A DNA stretch of 64,000 nt from Octopus vulgaris (Eukaryota), in contig OX597830.1 of NCBI GenBank assembly GCA_951406725.2, forward strand, positions 77,314,001-77,378,000, given 5' to 3'. Within the stretch, counting starts at the first letter, position 1; each line of letters starts with the position of its first letter. This document shows positions 1 to 14,035 of this stretch, piece by piece. The notes under the pieces were generated by a model. The model was not told the origin of the DNA, ran no database searches, and saw nothing but the letters and a program-made list of their open reading frames with translations. The position numbers were made by a program, and so were the translations under genes.

Positions 1-205
1 TTTTTTTCTTGCCTGTTATTATTTCGTTTTGTTTCTTTCTCTTCCTCCCTTTCTCCATCATCACCTCTACCAGATAAAATAGGTTCCGGATATCGTCTTA
101 CTTCTAAGATTCACTTTGAAAGCTCTGCTGTTTTGGTCAAGAAATTTCTTGAGTGTTCAAACGAGATTTCATCTCTTCAGCTAAATATTTTTACTTCATC
201 TACAA

Positions 206-423
<218 letters not shown>

Positions 424-630
424 AAGGCTGTAGTACTGAAAAGTTCCTGACTTTGAGCAAAAGAAAATTAATTATGATTTTATTCAACATATTCCACACT
501 CAGATTCAAACATTTATTGCAGCGGTCCTTCAGTTTTTTCCACGCCCTGTAAAAGAACCTGAAGGTTGTGCCTCCAACCAGGCCTTTCGCGAAACCCTTA
601 AATTCAAGAACTTTACAGCATCCCCTCGTA
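424..630 (-). mobile_element. Mariner-derived MITE-like remnant
   Basis: Degenerate inverted ends (tactgaaaagttcctg ... aagaactttacagcatcccctcgta). Minus strand reads LKDRCNKCLNLSVEYVE*, like a mariner transposase C-terminus. Related copy at 44417-44557. Confidence 0.6.
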
Positions 631-778
631 TATTGACATACACACACACACACACACACATATACATGTCATCTATTTTTTGCTTACTGCTACTTCTATA
701 TTAATTGTGTCATGATGTAGTGTAATCGGTAAAGGTGTAAGAATCATATCGGTCCAGTTTATCATTCCTCATTCACTA

Positions 779-1451
779 TTTCTTCTTCTTCTTCTTCTTC
801 TTCTTCTTCTTCTTCTTCTTCTTCTTCTTCTTCTTCTTCTTCTTCTTCTTCTTCTTCTTCTCCTCCTCCTTCCTCTTCTTTTCTTCTTCCTCTTCCTCTT
901 CTTCTTCTTCTTCTTCTTCTTCTTCTTCTCCTTCCTCTTCTTTTCTTCTTCTTCTTCTTCTTCTTCTTCTTCCACTTCCTCTTCTTCTTTTTCTCCTTCC
1001 TCTTCTTTTCTTCTTCTTCTCCGTCTTCTTCGTCTTCTTCCACTTCCACTTCCTCTTCTTCTTCTTCTTCTTCTTCTTCTTCTTCTTCTTCTCCTTCCTC
1101 TTCTTTTCTTCTTCTTCTTCTTCTTCTTCTTCTTCTTCCACTTCCTCTTCTTCTTTTTCTCCTTCCTCTTCTTTTCTTCTTCTTCTTCTTCGTCTTCTTC
1201 GTCTTCTTCCACTTCCACTTCCTCGTCTTCTTCTTCTTCTTCTTCTTCTTCCACTTCCTCTTCTTCTTTTTCTTCTTCTTCCACTTCCTCTTCTTCTTCT
1301 TCTTCTTCTTCTCCTTCCTCTTCTTTTCTTCTTCTTCTTCTTCTTCTTCCACTTCCACTTCTTCTTCTTCTTTTTCCTCTTCTTTTTCTTCTTCTCCTTC
1401 CTCTTCTTTTCTTCTTCTTCTTCTTCTTCTTCTTCTTCTTCTTCTTCTTCT
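779..1451. repeat. Compound (TTC)n/(TCC)n polypyrimidine tract
   Basis: TTC runs with recurring ccactt and ctccttcctc interruptions; source of the poly-E/K/R ORFs. Confidence 0.97.
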
Positions 1452-2475
1452 TTAAATACTCGGGAGGTCTTTGCGGTACACCCTGTAGCATGTGAAAAAG
1501 CACCGCCGAAAATGTGAAAGCACTTCCCCTTAGATGTGAAAAAGTGTAGTGCAAAATGTGAAGGAGCGTAATTTTGAATGTAAGGTGTCGCACCACTCAT
1601 GATAGCAAAATCGTGATTTCGATACTCTACTGGGTAGTGCGTAGTGTCATTGATGAAAATAACTCTGTTTCACTTTACTCCAGGCCACGCAACCGTAAAT
1701 GAGTGACCCTGCATCCCGTTCAAGGGGAAAGTTCTGATTTCGGTCACTTATACTTACCCAAGGTAACCGTATAACACGTCCTACTAGACATAGGACTCGA
1801 AATAAAACTTATTTATTTTACAACCTAAAATGAATTGTACTAATCTGCACTAGTTTCCCGTTATTACTTGCTAGATATTTTTGTAGTCCTGTAGTAGATA
1901 GTTTATAGTAATGTTCTTTTGCTGAAGATCCCAACCGCTCCTATATAATGGATAAATATAATTTTCTCTCTCTCCTTCTCTCTCTATCTCCCTCTGTCCT
2001 TCTTCCCCCTTTCTCCCCCGCTTCTCTCTCTGTGTTTCAGTAAGGAATTCTAAATGCAGTCATTATTTTAATTGTTTTTTCTATTTAATCAATTTCTTTA
2101 CTAATTCAGTTAGCTTCCAGCTGAGATTAATAGAACTCTAACAAATTCCTACAACAGATTGGGGATTGATTCCAATTAATTTATATTTGGCATTTAACTT
2201 TGGTATATGCATTTATCTAACATATCTCTAATATTCCTTTTTTAACCTTATTTTTGACTCTTTCTGTGTTGGGATCTCTGCAGTTTATTAATTCATCTGT
2301 GTTTGCATTATGGCACGTGTTTTTATATTCAATATGGTTCTACATATATGGTAAAAAGTGTTAGAATAACCTAGACCAGGAATAGAGAAAGTGCGAAGCA
2401 GTTCCTTTGCAATGCTCCTTTTTTTTTTTATTAAGGGTAGGTTTTGTTTATAGAATTAGCCCGCTCGCTTTAATA

Positions 2476-2616
2476 TTAGGTTGTCCCAAAAGTTCGTAAA
2501 CACTTGCGAAAATTGAATTTTTACTCGCCAAGTACTAACAAAAACAACAAAAAATATTCCTCAAAATAAAGACCATTATTTTCCAAGACTTTCTACGAAC
2601 TTTTGGGACAACCTTA
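2476..2616. mobile_element. 141-bp mariner-type MITE
   Basis: 23-bp TIRs ttaggttgtcccaaaagttcgta / tacgaacttttgggacaacctta (1 mismatch), flanked by TA on both sides. Confidence 0.8.
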
Positions 2617-3131
2617 TATGTAAAAGGGCTTTAAACATTTCTGCTAATGTTATCCTGCCGAAGATTAACGTTTACAGATTTCGCAACACTGTTTCTTTTA
2701 TCCGTTCCTTGTTCCAGTAATTGGTCAGCGACATTGCTGGAACAAAGCTTTGGAGTGTTTAAAGTTGGGCAAATCAACACGAGTAATTATCTTCAAGTCT
2801 GCTACTTATTCTAACGGTAACTTATGCCGAACTGTCAAGTTGGTGACATAAACAAACCAGCATTGGTTGAGAGACAAAGACAGACACATTCACACACGTA
2901 CAAACACATATATGCAGAGTTGCCGGAGATTCTGAAGTCGTCTTGAGGCCGTAGTTGAAGCCAATGGTGATTTTATCGAATAAATTTACTGTTTAGTATT
3001 TTAATATATTTTTCTGTAATTTTGGTAAGTATATGTTAAAACGAGACGTCAGTGTCATTTTCAAGACGATAATGTATTCACTGCGCCCAGTATATATGTG
3101 TATGTGATAGATTCTCCAGTGCGTATGTATG

Positions 3132-3171
<40 letters not shown>

Positions 3172-3250
3172 TATACATACATACATACATACATACATAC
3201 ATACATACATACATACATACATACATACATACATACATACATACATACAC

Positions 3251-3329
<79 letters not shown>

Positions 3330-3364
3330 GACGATAAACACACACTGTTTACATAGTTTTAACA

Positions 3365-3555
3365 TATTTTTTCTACTCTAGGCACAAGGTCCGAAATTTT
3401 AGGAGCGGGGACCACTCGATTAGATCGATATCAGTACGCAACTGGTACTTAATTCATCGAACCTGAAAGGATCAAAGTCAAAGTCGCCTCGGCGGAATTC
3501 GAACTTAGAACGTAAAGACAGACGAAATAAAGCACCGTGCTAATGTTTCTGCCAT
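3365..3555 (-). mobile_element. tRNA-derived SINE family B, degenerate
   Basis: Reverse-strand match to the family B copies at 16745 and 58281 (ctcggcggaattcgaacttagaacgtaa). Confidence 0.75.
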
Positions 3556-4062
3556 ATTTTAAATGAAAGAATATTGTGGTTGTCAACCGGCTTCGCTTCC
3601 ATTAATCATGATATTGATTTTATTATAATTTCTTCAGTAGATTTTTGCCCATTTTCTTGTATGAAAGTTGGTGAATGAATCAACAAGTACAAAATCTAAG
3701 GAGACGTAATTTGTGATAGTTATTATTCGAGACAGGGGAGGTAATTGCTCATTTTCGAGGTGGGATAAATAAATATACAAAAACTCATTTGCTAAAGCAT
3801 TGAGATGAAATATTTACAGTGATGAATAAGTGATCATGAATTAAAATATACGATGAGATCAAGCTTGGTTATGCGTTCATATTTAGGCGTGTTTTGTATT
3901 TTCAAATAAATAAATTTGTTTTATATAAACTGCCCGCCATTCATTTAATGTTATTACGTTAAAGGAATTCTGTATCTACGATTTTAGTTTAGCTTTTTCT
4001 AGAATTAGCAGATGGCACTCGGATGTAGCGAGATATTCTGTATATAGGAGTGGAAACGTGTT

Positions 4063-4122
<60 letters not shown>

Positions 4123-4123
<1 letters not shown>

Positions 4124-4205
4124 GTGGAGGTGCAATGGCCCAGTGGTTAGGGCACCGGACTCGCTATCATAGGATCGCGGTTTCGATTCCCAGACTGGGC
4201 GTTGT
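4123..4205 (+). mobile_element. tRNA-derived SINE head
   Basis: tggcccagtgg (A-box-like) ... ggtttcgattccc (B-box-like); the same head recurs at about 61964-62030. Confidence 0.65.
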
Positions 4206-5849
4206 AGGTGCTTATTGCGCGAGGATAGAGTATGGAACCTGGTTCGAGTTATCTCGCTTGTCTATGACATCGTGGTGTTTTAACACTAGGCGCATTGACA
4301 AGAATATATTCTCTGACGCCTATAGGCGCAGCCTACACCCGAAGTAGCAAAACATACTTTCTGTATCTGCGTACAATATACGGTATCGTGTATGTACGCG
4401 CGCATGTGTGTATGTGTGTGCGTGTATGTATAATATGTTTCATATATACTACATAAACACACAGAGGAAAATCATGAAAATGTGTATATCAATATAAAGA
4501 AGATGAGAAGAACAAACAGCAGCCTCATCATCATTTATATCATCATCAACAATAGCAGCAACGATATCATCAGGATTATCACCCATACCACCAAAACTGC
4601 AACCATCAACACTACGGCTATCACCACTACCATCGCCGCCGCCGCCGCCTCCACCTCCACCACCATCACAATCACAATCATCACCACCAGCAACAGCAAC
4701 AAGGAATGCTAGGTGGATGTAATCAATCATTGGCCGTCAGAGCAAATGTAATCTTGACTCAGCAAATAATTCAATATGTCAAACGAACCGATTCCATAGA
4801 ATTCAAAGCGAAAGAATTATCTGGAAATTTTTCCATCAACCCCCACCACAACCACCACCACCACTGCACACATCCAAAACACCGTCAATCACCACAACTC
4901 GTAAACCCCACGCAACGGCCCTCCACGGTCCGCCACTGCCCGCCATCGGTCCGTCACTGCCCGCCGTTCGTTAATGTTATTACGTTAAAGGAATTCTGTA
5001 TCTACGATTTTAGTTTAGCTTTTTCTAGAATTAGCAGATGGCACTCGGATGTGGCGAGAGATTTCTGTATACAGGAGTGGAAATGTGTGTGTATGTGTGT
5101 GTTCAGTGGGACTGAACCAGGAACCATGTGCTTGGGAAGCAAGCTACTCACCACACAGCCATTTCTGCGCACGTAAACCATTTTAGAATATTTTCTAATG
5201 GAAACTGCAGCATTTGGATTATTTTCTGTTACTCTTTACGAAATTCTTCAACCAAATCTGCTCTCGTCCTGCTAAAAATAGCAGTATGTTTCTTTCATAT
5301 ACCACCACTATTTTATTTTAAATTTAAAAAAGAAATAGCGGTACATTGGACTTTGTAGTCGGTAATACGCAAACAGTTGGGATGGGCTTAAAAGGAACGT
5401 CTTTGAATAAGATACTTGTCGATCAGGATTCATAAGACGTTAAACATCATCATCATCAACAACAACAACGACAACAACAAACTCCAATAACTATAATGAT
5501 GTACAACCTACATTGTATTCTGAAATTATTCTAAAATTAATGAGATTGTGAAATAAGAGATGTTAACTTTTCCGTAATTATGTTCTCATTGTTAATTTCA
5601 CTACTACATATCACGTGAGCGTTCTTGGTGTTCTCTGAGATATTACACGTTCGTTATGTTTTGCTAAATTACATATGTTAATTACGGCTTGAATCATTAA
5701 TAAACAAGCTGAATCATATCACATGCAGAAAATTATCTTCGTTCATGATTTGTTAATGTAATGTAATTTTATTCTGGAACTTATGTAAATTAATATTTTT
5801 TAAACATATATCAATATGGATTATATTTTAATATATGTAAATTAGATTC

Positions 5850-5990
<141 letters not shown>

Positions 5991-6223
5991 AAGAGTTTCG
6001 AATTTTGGGCCTGGGCCACCAATGTTGTGGGGCGATTACATTGACCCCGCCCCCAACACTCAAATGGTACTCATTTTAGCGACACCAAAATGATTAAAGG
6101 CAAAGTCGACCCCATCGGTATTTGAACTCAGATCATAATGATATGAAATGCCGCTAAGCATTTTGTTCGGCTTTGCTAACGATTCTGCAAGCCGCATTAA
6201 TATTAATAATAATAATAATAATA

Positions 6224-6342
<119 letters not shown>

Positions 6343-6743
6343 CAGTCACGACAGAGTTGTGACCTATATACACTGGAAGCTATGACAACACTATAGAATA
6401 ACAACAGACAAGAAATGGTTTAGGCGCACGCCAGTAAAGGTCACAGAAAATGAGAAAGCAACCACACACTGGGATGTGCCAATTACACACATATAAAGAA
6501 ATTAAGACCAACATGCCGGATATAGTTGTCAGAGATTACCAAGAAAAAAATACTATCTAATCGATGTATCAATACCAACAGATGACAATGTTTCTCTAAA
6601 AGAAATGGAGAAACTTTCAAAATATAAAAGATTTTGAAATAGTGGTAACTCGAATGTGGAATCTAAAAATAGAAACAATTCCTATCATAGTAGGTGCATT
6701 AGGCATGATAAAAAAATATTCAGACAAATACATAACAAAAACA
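6343..6743 (+). mobile_element. R4/Dong-type LINE fragment (restriction-like endonuclease region), inverted relative to the adjacent element
   Basis: Encodes HDRVVTYIHWKL...PDIVVRD...IDVSIP; reverse-complement homolog of 6946-7329. Confidence 0.85.
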
Positions 6744-6761
6744 TAAATTATTATTATTATT

Positions 6762-9700
6762 CAGTAGTTTTATTTTTATAGCGTGCTTTCACTTCACTAC
6801 CGAGCGCAGCTCTGTGTGCCTTAGGTATGTGCTGTGATTTATTGTGATGCTCTGATGGTTATTGTATGGAAAGTGTTCTGCGTAGGATGTGTGCAGTGCC
6901 TAGTAGTGCAATTTTCTGTATGTTATATGTGTTTGTAAGTCCTGGTGTTTTTGTTATGTATTTGTCTGAATATTTTTTTATCATGCCTAATGCACCTACT
7001 ATGATAGGAATTGTTTCTATTTTTAGATTCCACATTCTGAGTTACCACTATTTCCAGGTCTTTATATTTTGAAAGTTTCTCCATTTCTTTTAGAGACACG
7101 TTGTCATCTGCCGGTATTGATACATCAATTAGAAAGCATTTTTTTTCTTCATGATCTCTGACAACTTTATCTGGTCTGTTGACCTTGTATCGGCATATCC
7201 CAGAGTATGGTTGCTTTCTCGTTTTCTGTGACCTTTTCTGGTGTGTGCCTATACCATCTTTTTTCTGTTGTTATTCCATAATGTTGGCATAGCTTCCAGT
7301 GTATGTAGGTCCAAACTCTGTCATGTCTGTGAATATATTCCTTCTTAGCCAGGACTGGGCAGCCAGAGATAATATGATTTATGTTACTTGTTATATTTCT
7401 TTTCATTACATGTTTTTGGTAATTTCTGGTGGGGAGGCTTTGGTCTTGTGCTGCAATTAAAAATCCCTCTGTCTCTGCTTTGAGTCCTGAGCTTCTCAAC
7501 CATTGCTGGGATTTTTCTTTGTCTATTTCTTTTGCATTTAGTTTAGTCCAGTATTTATCATGAAGGGGCTTTTCTTGCCATCGTTTTATCATGGTTCTTT
7601 GCTGTTCTAGTTTTAGTTTGCATTTCATTTCTTTTATAGCTTTTGTTGTTTCTTCTTCTTCTTCTTCTTCTTCTTCTTCTTCTTCTTCTTCTTCTTCTTC
7701 TTCTTCTTCTTCTTCTTCTTCTTCTTCTTCTTCTTCTTCTTCTTCTTCTTCTTCATATATGTTAGGTGGTATGATTTCTTGTTTGTATTTGTCAGTTTCC
7801 TTAAATACTGAGAACAGTTTTTTGTTTTGCTCGTGTTTTGCCGCTATTTGTATCAGTTTTCCTTCCTTCTGAAGTAGATATTTTTGCAGTCCTATGGTGG
7901 TTATTTTATAGTAGTTTTCCAGCTGTATAAGGTCTCTACCACCTTCTATACGTTGTATATATAGTCTTTCTATGTCAGATTTTGGGTGATGCATCCTAGA
8001 TCCTGTCATTATTTTTCTTGTTTTCCTATCTATTTTGATCAGTTCATTTAGTGTCCAGTTAAGGATATTGTAGCTGTAACTTATAACTGGGACAGCTAAA
8101 GTGTTAATACCTATTATCTTGTTTTTAGCATTGAGCTCTGTTTTTAGTATTGATCTAACTCGTCTATAATATTCTTTTTTTATTTTTCTCTTTCATTTGT
8201 GTGTGTTGTGTCTTATCTAGTTCATGGATCCCTAAGTATTTGTAAGTTTGGCTTTGGTCTAATTCTTTTATTTCATTGGTTTTATCTAGTGTGATGTTGC
8301 TACTCTTAACTAGTTTTCCTATTTTCATGGTTACTTTGGCGCATTTTTCTAATCCAATATCTATTTCTTTGGTAAATCCATGAACTGTCTTTAATAGTGT
8401 TTCTAGCTGTTTGTCATTTGCAGCATATAGTTTTAGGTCATCCATATATAAAAGGTGGCTGATCGTTTTGCCGTAACATTTTTATCCGCATCCAGTACTA
8501 TTTAGCATATCAGATAGAGATGACAGTGCCAAGCAGAAAAGGAGTGGAGAGAGCGTATCTCCCTAGAATATTCCTCTTCTAATGGGGATGGCTTTGGTTT
8601 TCATGAGTCCCTCTTTTATTTGGAGCTGTAGCACTGTTTGCCATTTATTCATAGAGTGCTCTATGAATTTTATAAGGATTGGTGCTACTTTGTTAATGGT
8701 TAGTGTTTCGAGGATCCATGTGTGTGGGATGCTATCAAACGCCTTTTTGTAGTCGATCCAGGCCATACTGAGGCATTTCTTCTTTCTGTGGCTGTCTTCA
8801 GTTATGGCTTTATTAATCATTAGTTGATCTTTACAGCCATATGAGCCTTTGCGGCATCCTTTCTGCTCTTCTGGAAACAGGTTGTTTTCGTCCAGGTGCT
8901 TGTTCAACCTTTGCGATATCACTGCAGTAAATGCCTTGTACATTGTAGGGAGACAGGTTATTGGTCTGAATTTTTCTGGTTTTGCTGTCTCATTTGATTT
9001 GGGAATTAAGATGGTTTTCCCCTTCGTGAGCCATTCAGGCATTGTCTCTGGCTCTGCCAGTATGTTGTTAAAATTTTCAGCCAGCTTTTTGTGCATTCCT
9101 GTTAGATATTTCAACCAGAAGTTGGGGATCTTGTCATGCCCAGGTGCCTTCCAGCTGCTTAGTCTTTGCAGTGCCTGGGTGACCTTTTCAGTTGTTATGG
9201 GGGGTCCAAAGTTGCTCAGATGCTGAGTTTGTTGTTTTAATACTCCTTTATTTTGGTTGTTCGTTCGCCGACCATATTTCTCTCCAGAATTCTTCCACTT
9301 CTTCTGCCGTTGGTGCTGCAGTAATTTCTATTTTATTTTTGCCAAGTTCTTGGTAGAACTTTTTGGGGTTGGAGTTGAACTTTTTGTTTTGTTCAAAGAA
9401 GCGCTGGCGTTTCTCGTACCGGCGGATCCTTTGTGCTTTGGCAAGGATATCTTGCTTCAGCTTTTCTTTTATCTCAGGTAAATCTTTTTCTGTGATGTTA
9501 TATTTGCGGAGTATTTTTGTTTTCTTTTTGTTGCTCAGTAGCGTTGTTTGTCTACTGATTTCATTAAGAATCGACAGATCTTTTCTCATTTTTTGTATTT
9601 TGTTTTGGATGTTATTTATCCACAGGGTTTGTTTGGGTGGTGGTGGTACTCCTGTTTGGATGGGTTTGAGTGAGTATCCAGCTTCTTTTGTGGCTGCAGT

Positions 9701-10915
9701 GGCTGCTGTGTATACTAAGTCACTTAGCTTAGTGATATCGCTTTTTGTTTCAGTGGCTATTAGTTCCGTGACGGCTAGGTTTATGCTGTTTATAATTGGT
9801 GTTGTTGATTCGTCTATTTTGATTTTTGGGAGGTATGGTCGGTGGTCCATTTTGAGCTGTGTGGTTTTCAGTTCTTTCATTATTTTACTTTTTATATTAT
9901 CATAATCATTAGGCTCCCCTTCGTTGTTTCCAGGTTTTAGATTTGTGGCACTTTCTTTCTTATTTATATGTTTGTTTGTCGTGTTTTGGCTTGCTGTTTG
10001 TCGTGTATTATTATGCATCCTTACGGTCTAGGTTTGTTGTTTTTTGTTTACATCGTGTTTGTTGGGAATGTTACGTTTGTCTTCGTGTTTTACTGTTTCA
10101 GTGTTTATATTATTGGGCATTGTTGTGTGGCTTCTATCTACATTTTCCTGATGTATTTTTCTTTTAGATGTTCTATTTCTATTTCTGATATTTTTTTTGC
10201 GTTGAGAATGTATCTTCGTACGTTAGCTAGTTTATTAGGGTTCATTACTGTATCCAAGTTTATATTTATGTTATTTTCCTTCCATATTTTATATATATGT
10301 GTTGTTGTGTTTTCATTCTTTGGGTAGAGCACTGATGTAAAGTGAGCGTTTGGGATAGAAATTTATTCCTCACGTGTCCATTTATGTCTTTTGGGTTTTA
10401 TTTGCGAGACATGAGGAACAACGTCCGGCCCATTATTTTGACGGTCGTCATTTTCGTAGGGTACCGGTCCGTTCATTTCTGTTGTCACATTGTTTTGCAC
10501 GTGTAGTTTTTCGTACATTTTGTGTTGTAAGTTTAAAGTACGTACTTCCCGATTGTTATTCTTGGGTTGAATAATATCGGTGGTATTTAATTTCTTCGTA
10601 GTTTTTTTGTACATGGTGTTTGGGGTCGGGGATGATCTGGTGTTGATGTATCGTAATGTACCACGCATGTTTACATGTGTTGTGTTAGAGGTGGAGATGA
10701 TATCGAGTTAAAATACATCATTTCGTTTCGAAAATAGTAATAAATTTCAATGAGTATTACTTACTCGGATATAGTCCAATCCTTTGTCAGTAAATTTTTG
10801 GCTCCATACGATGTCTTTGCTTTCGATGTTTGTGGATATATTTCGGAGCGCTGTTTTATCGTTCTCACATCTTAAACGTCCCCGGTGTTTCTCAACGTCC
10901 CCGTACTTCCCGTAC
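6762..10915 (-). mobile_element. Near full-length R4/Dong-clade non-LTR retrotransposon (RT + RLE), inactivated
   Basis: ORF pieces give N-terminal KRHKWTREE; RT motifs FRPITCLPTMYK, EQKGC, AWIDYKKAFDSIPH, GIF*GD.LSP, YMDDLKLY; then AAQDQSLPTRNY, HIISGC..LA...Y..RHD, RPD..D endonuclease and QKIALLGTAHILRR*. (TAA)n flanks both ends. Confidence 0.92.
6859..10668 (-). pseudogene. Disrupted RT-endonuclease polyprotein ORF of the R4/Dong element
   Basis: Split into fragments 10363-10668, 10138-10332, 9248-10018, 8563-9114, 8164-8445 and 7167-8009. A TAG replaces the Q of the QGD motif at 8563-8565, and the CxxC half of the CCHC knuckle is missing near 7385. Confidence 0.88.
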
Positions 10916-10991
<76 letters not shown>

Positions 10992-11038
10992 CATTATTAT
11001 TATTATTATTATCATTATTATTATTATTATTATTATCA
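10916..11038. repeat. (TTA)n microsatellite between two R4/Dong-type elements
   Basis: Direct reading. Confidence 0.97.
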
Positions 11039-11039
11039 T

Positions 11040-12268
11040 GAAACCTCACAGCTTATTTTCCTGGGTTTGATGGAAATTGACAGCTGTCCACAGCCAGCAA
11101 CATAAAGGTGACATTTGTTTACTGGTCATGCTTCAAGAAATCTACGAAGAAATCTTGGAACTCCAATCAATGCTGATTTTTATAGGTGTACTACCTTCCC
11201 ACGTACACCGATCTTTTTTCAGGCATGTTAGAAGTTGAGTGTTGATACTTCCAAGAGAACCAATTACTCTAGGTATCACGTCTACTCTCCTCATTGACCA
11301 CAAACTTTGTATCTCCTACTTCAAATCGTCATAGTTGTTTATTTTTCCTTTTTCTTTCACAATGATCCTGTTGTCATCGTGACGTGCTGTATCGATTATC
11401 ATACACGTTCTTTCTTCTTTATTAACCACAACAATGTCCGGTTTCCGTTGTCCGGTCCGGTGATCGCACTGGATCATTGCATCCCACAGAATTTCGCAAT
11501 TCTCATTGTCGGTGACTCCTTCTGGAGTTTTCTCATACCACGTCTTTGTAGGCTGTAATTTCCACACAATTCCCAATTGATCGTTCTTTCCACTTTGTCA
11601 TGGCGTCTTTCGTATTCGCGTTGTGCCAATTTCGGGCATTCGCTAACGATGAGCCATACCGTTTTCCCCCTCTCACCACACATTCTTCATTTGTCGCCAT
11701 CGGTAGTGTTGTCTATTCTGTATTTAACATAGTTGGTCCTTAACGCTTGTTCTTGAGCTGCGCATATGAGTGCTTCTGTTTCTATCTTCAAGTCAATCCT
11801 CCTCATCCATAGCCACCGGTCCTCTGTATTGGTCTTGCGGTTCACATCTCCTGCAAACTGAACATACATCTTCTTTTCCTTCTATGCTTTATTATTACTT
11901 TTTTTGGTTCATTTCTTGTTTAAATTTCCCTTTAGTTATACAAGTTTCAGTGTTGATGACGCTGGCCTTCTTCGTGTGTTTCAACACTGGCTCCAAATTA
12001 AATTTTTATATACCACACTAAGCTGTTTCCTATGCTTCGATACAGTCCTGGCAACTGATTTAACTGGTCAAATACAACCTTGGATTTCACATCTCTTGCA
12101 AACTGACCGTACATTTTCTTTTCCTTCCATGCTTTTTTCTTTCTATCTTCCTTTTTTTTGTTCATTTCTTGATTAAATTTTTCCTTCATTACACAATTTT
12201 TAGTTTTCATGACGCTGACGTTCTTCTTATGTTTCAACAATAGCTTCACAGCATTTTTAATAAAACAC
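11040..12268 (-). mobile_element. 5'-truncated, older R4/Dong-type LINE (second family)
   Basis: ETEALICAAQEQALRTNYVKYRID, MCGE..TVWLIVSECPKLAQREYERRHD, WD..IQCDH....RKPDIVVVNKE...IID. Internal duplication of about 11830-11990 at about 12075-12245. (TTA)n on both sides. Confidence 0.85.
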
Positions 12269-12290
12269 TTATTATTATTATTATTATTAC

Positions 12291-12368
<78 letters not shown>

Positions 12369-12529
12369 CATCATCATCATCATTATTAGACGAAGGAGGC
12401 AAGATGGCACAATCGCTAGAAAAATTCAGCTTTTCTTTCTGTCTTTTTTGGATCGATAAAACAAGCAAGTACTATGATTGATGTTATCGCATGACCCCTT
12501 CATCTCGAAAAGGACACCACCGATAACGA

Positions 12530-12830
12530 ATCAGACAAAATGCTCAGCTGCACTTCTTCCGGCTCTTTACGTTCTGAGCTCAAATTCCGCCGAGGTCGAC
12601 TTTGCCTTCAATCCTTTCGCTGTCGATAAAACGAGTACCAGTTGAGCACTTGGGTCGATGTAATCGACTTAATCTCCTCCCCACAAATTTCAGGCCTTGT
12701 GTTTATTGTAGAAATGAGAATCGTTAGCGCGTCGGACAAACTGCTGAGCGACATGTCTTCCGTCTCTTTACGTTCTGTGTTCAGATACCGGCGAGGTGAG
12801 GTCTGCTTTGCATCACTTCGTGGTCAATAA
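12530..12830 (+). mobile_element. SINE family B remnants
   Basis: gttctgagctcaaattccgccgaggtcgactttgcc...gtcgataaa core and a second partial copy. Confidence 0.7.
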
Positions 12831-14035
12831 AGTAAACTCCTTAACCCTGCAACAGACCGGTGTTCATTTCAGGAGAATGTTGTGATCCCTGTCACTTATA
12901 CACCATAGAAACCGAGTAACTGGCCTTAGGGGCCCCAGCGCTCAAGAAAAAATATAGAGGGAACAAGAATATTGAGCGTAAGACTTTTTAGCCAACACAC
13001 TTAAGACTTTTCTAATTCGCTGCATCCAACCATATTTACAGCAGTTTTAAATTGTGATTTATACCTACAGTTGCTGTAGTATATCTAGTAGAAATGTGCA
13101 TATTATTAATTACATAGTTAACCTATAACAGGGTAAACGAATTGCTGCTTAACAGCAAGGTTAAATATAGTTTAGAAATATACATATGTTTTAAGCATTT
13201 GTATATGTGTTCACCAACTAAACATACTCGCCTCATGTGCAGAAGAGCGTCATATATAATTAATCATGATAACTTGTCATTTTTTTAAAAACCAACTGCT
13301 CTACTGTACAGTAGTTGTATCGTTACAGTGTAGTTTTGTTTTATACACACTCACATACACAGGCACGCACTCACAAATACACACACACATACAAACACAC
13401 TCACAGAGGCGCACACACATATGTTCATATGTGCATATGTGTGTGCATATGTATATACATGTACTGATATGAATATATAGGGATACATCTGCGCGTATAT
13501 ATACACATGTTTGTATACATATTTATGCAAACATACATAGAAATATGCATGTGTATGTATAGGCATATACAGTGTCTGCCCCAAAAGTCTGAATACTCTT
13601 CAAGAAAAGAAAAACGTCTGGAAATATATTAATACTAAATTTTTTTCAGATGTCAGGGGATTGATACAAGTTACCTTTCATCTCTACAATTATAAGAGCT
13701 GCTCAAAATAATGGCCATTAGCTTCCAGACACTTATAAGTCTGGAAGATAATGAACTGCTGTTTGAGCAATGTTAACCAAACTACCAATGGGATTGCTTG
13801 CTTATGCTGTTTTGATTTCTTCCCTAAGGATTCTCAGTGTAGTCGGTTTTCTGTGATGCACAACATCCTTTAGTGTGCCCCATGAGTAAAAGTCTTCAGG
13901 TGTTAAATCAGGAGACCGTGCGGAGAACTCAATTGCACATCTTCGTGCTATCCACTGTCCTTGCAAATTGTTAACCAGTTCGGCTCGCACATCGAGGCAA
14001 TGCCTTGTTGAAAGAAAAATTCATTTCCATAAAGT

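Noticed and set aside
2905-3095. Possible Tc1-type MITE
   Set aside because: The inverted match is limited to about 9 bp (tcgtcttga/tcaagacga); ends not definable.
4449-5176. His/Gln-rich possible exon
   Set aside because: Decayed CAT/CAC/CAG repeats with an in-frame stop; the ORF ends in a SINE fragment.
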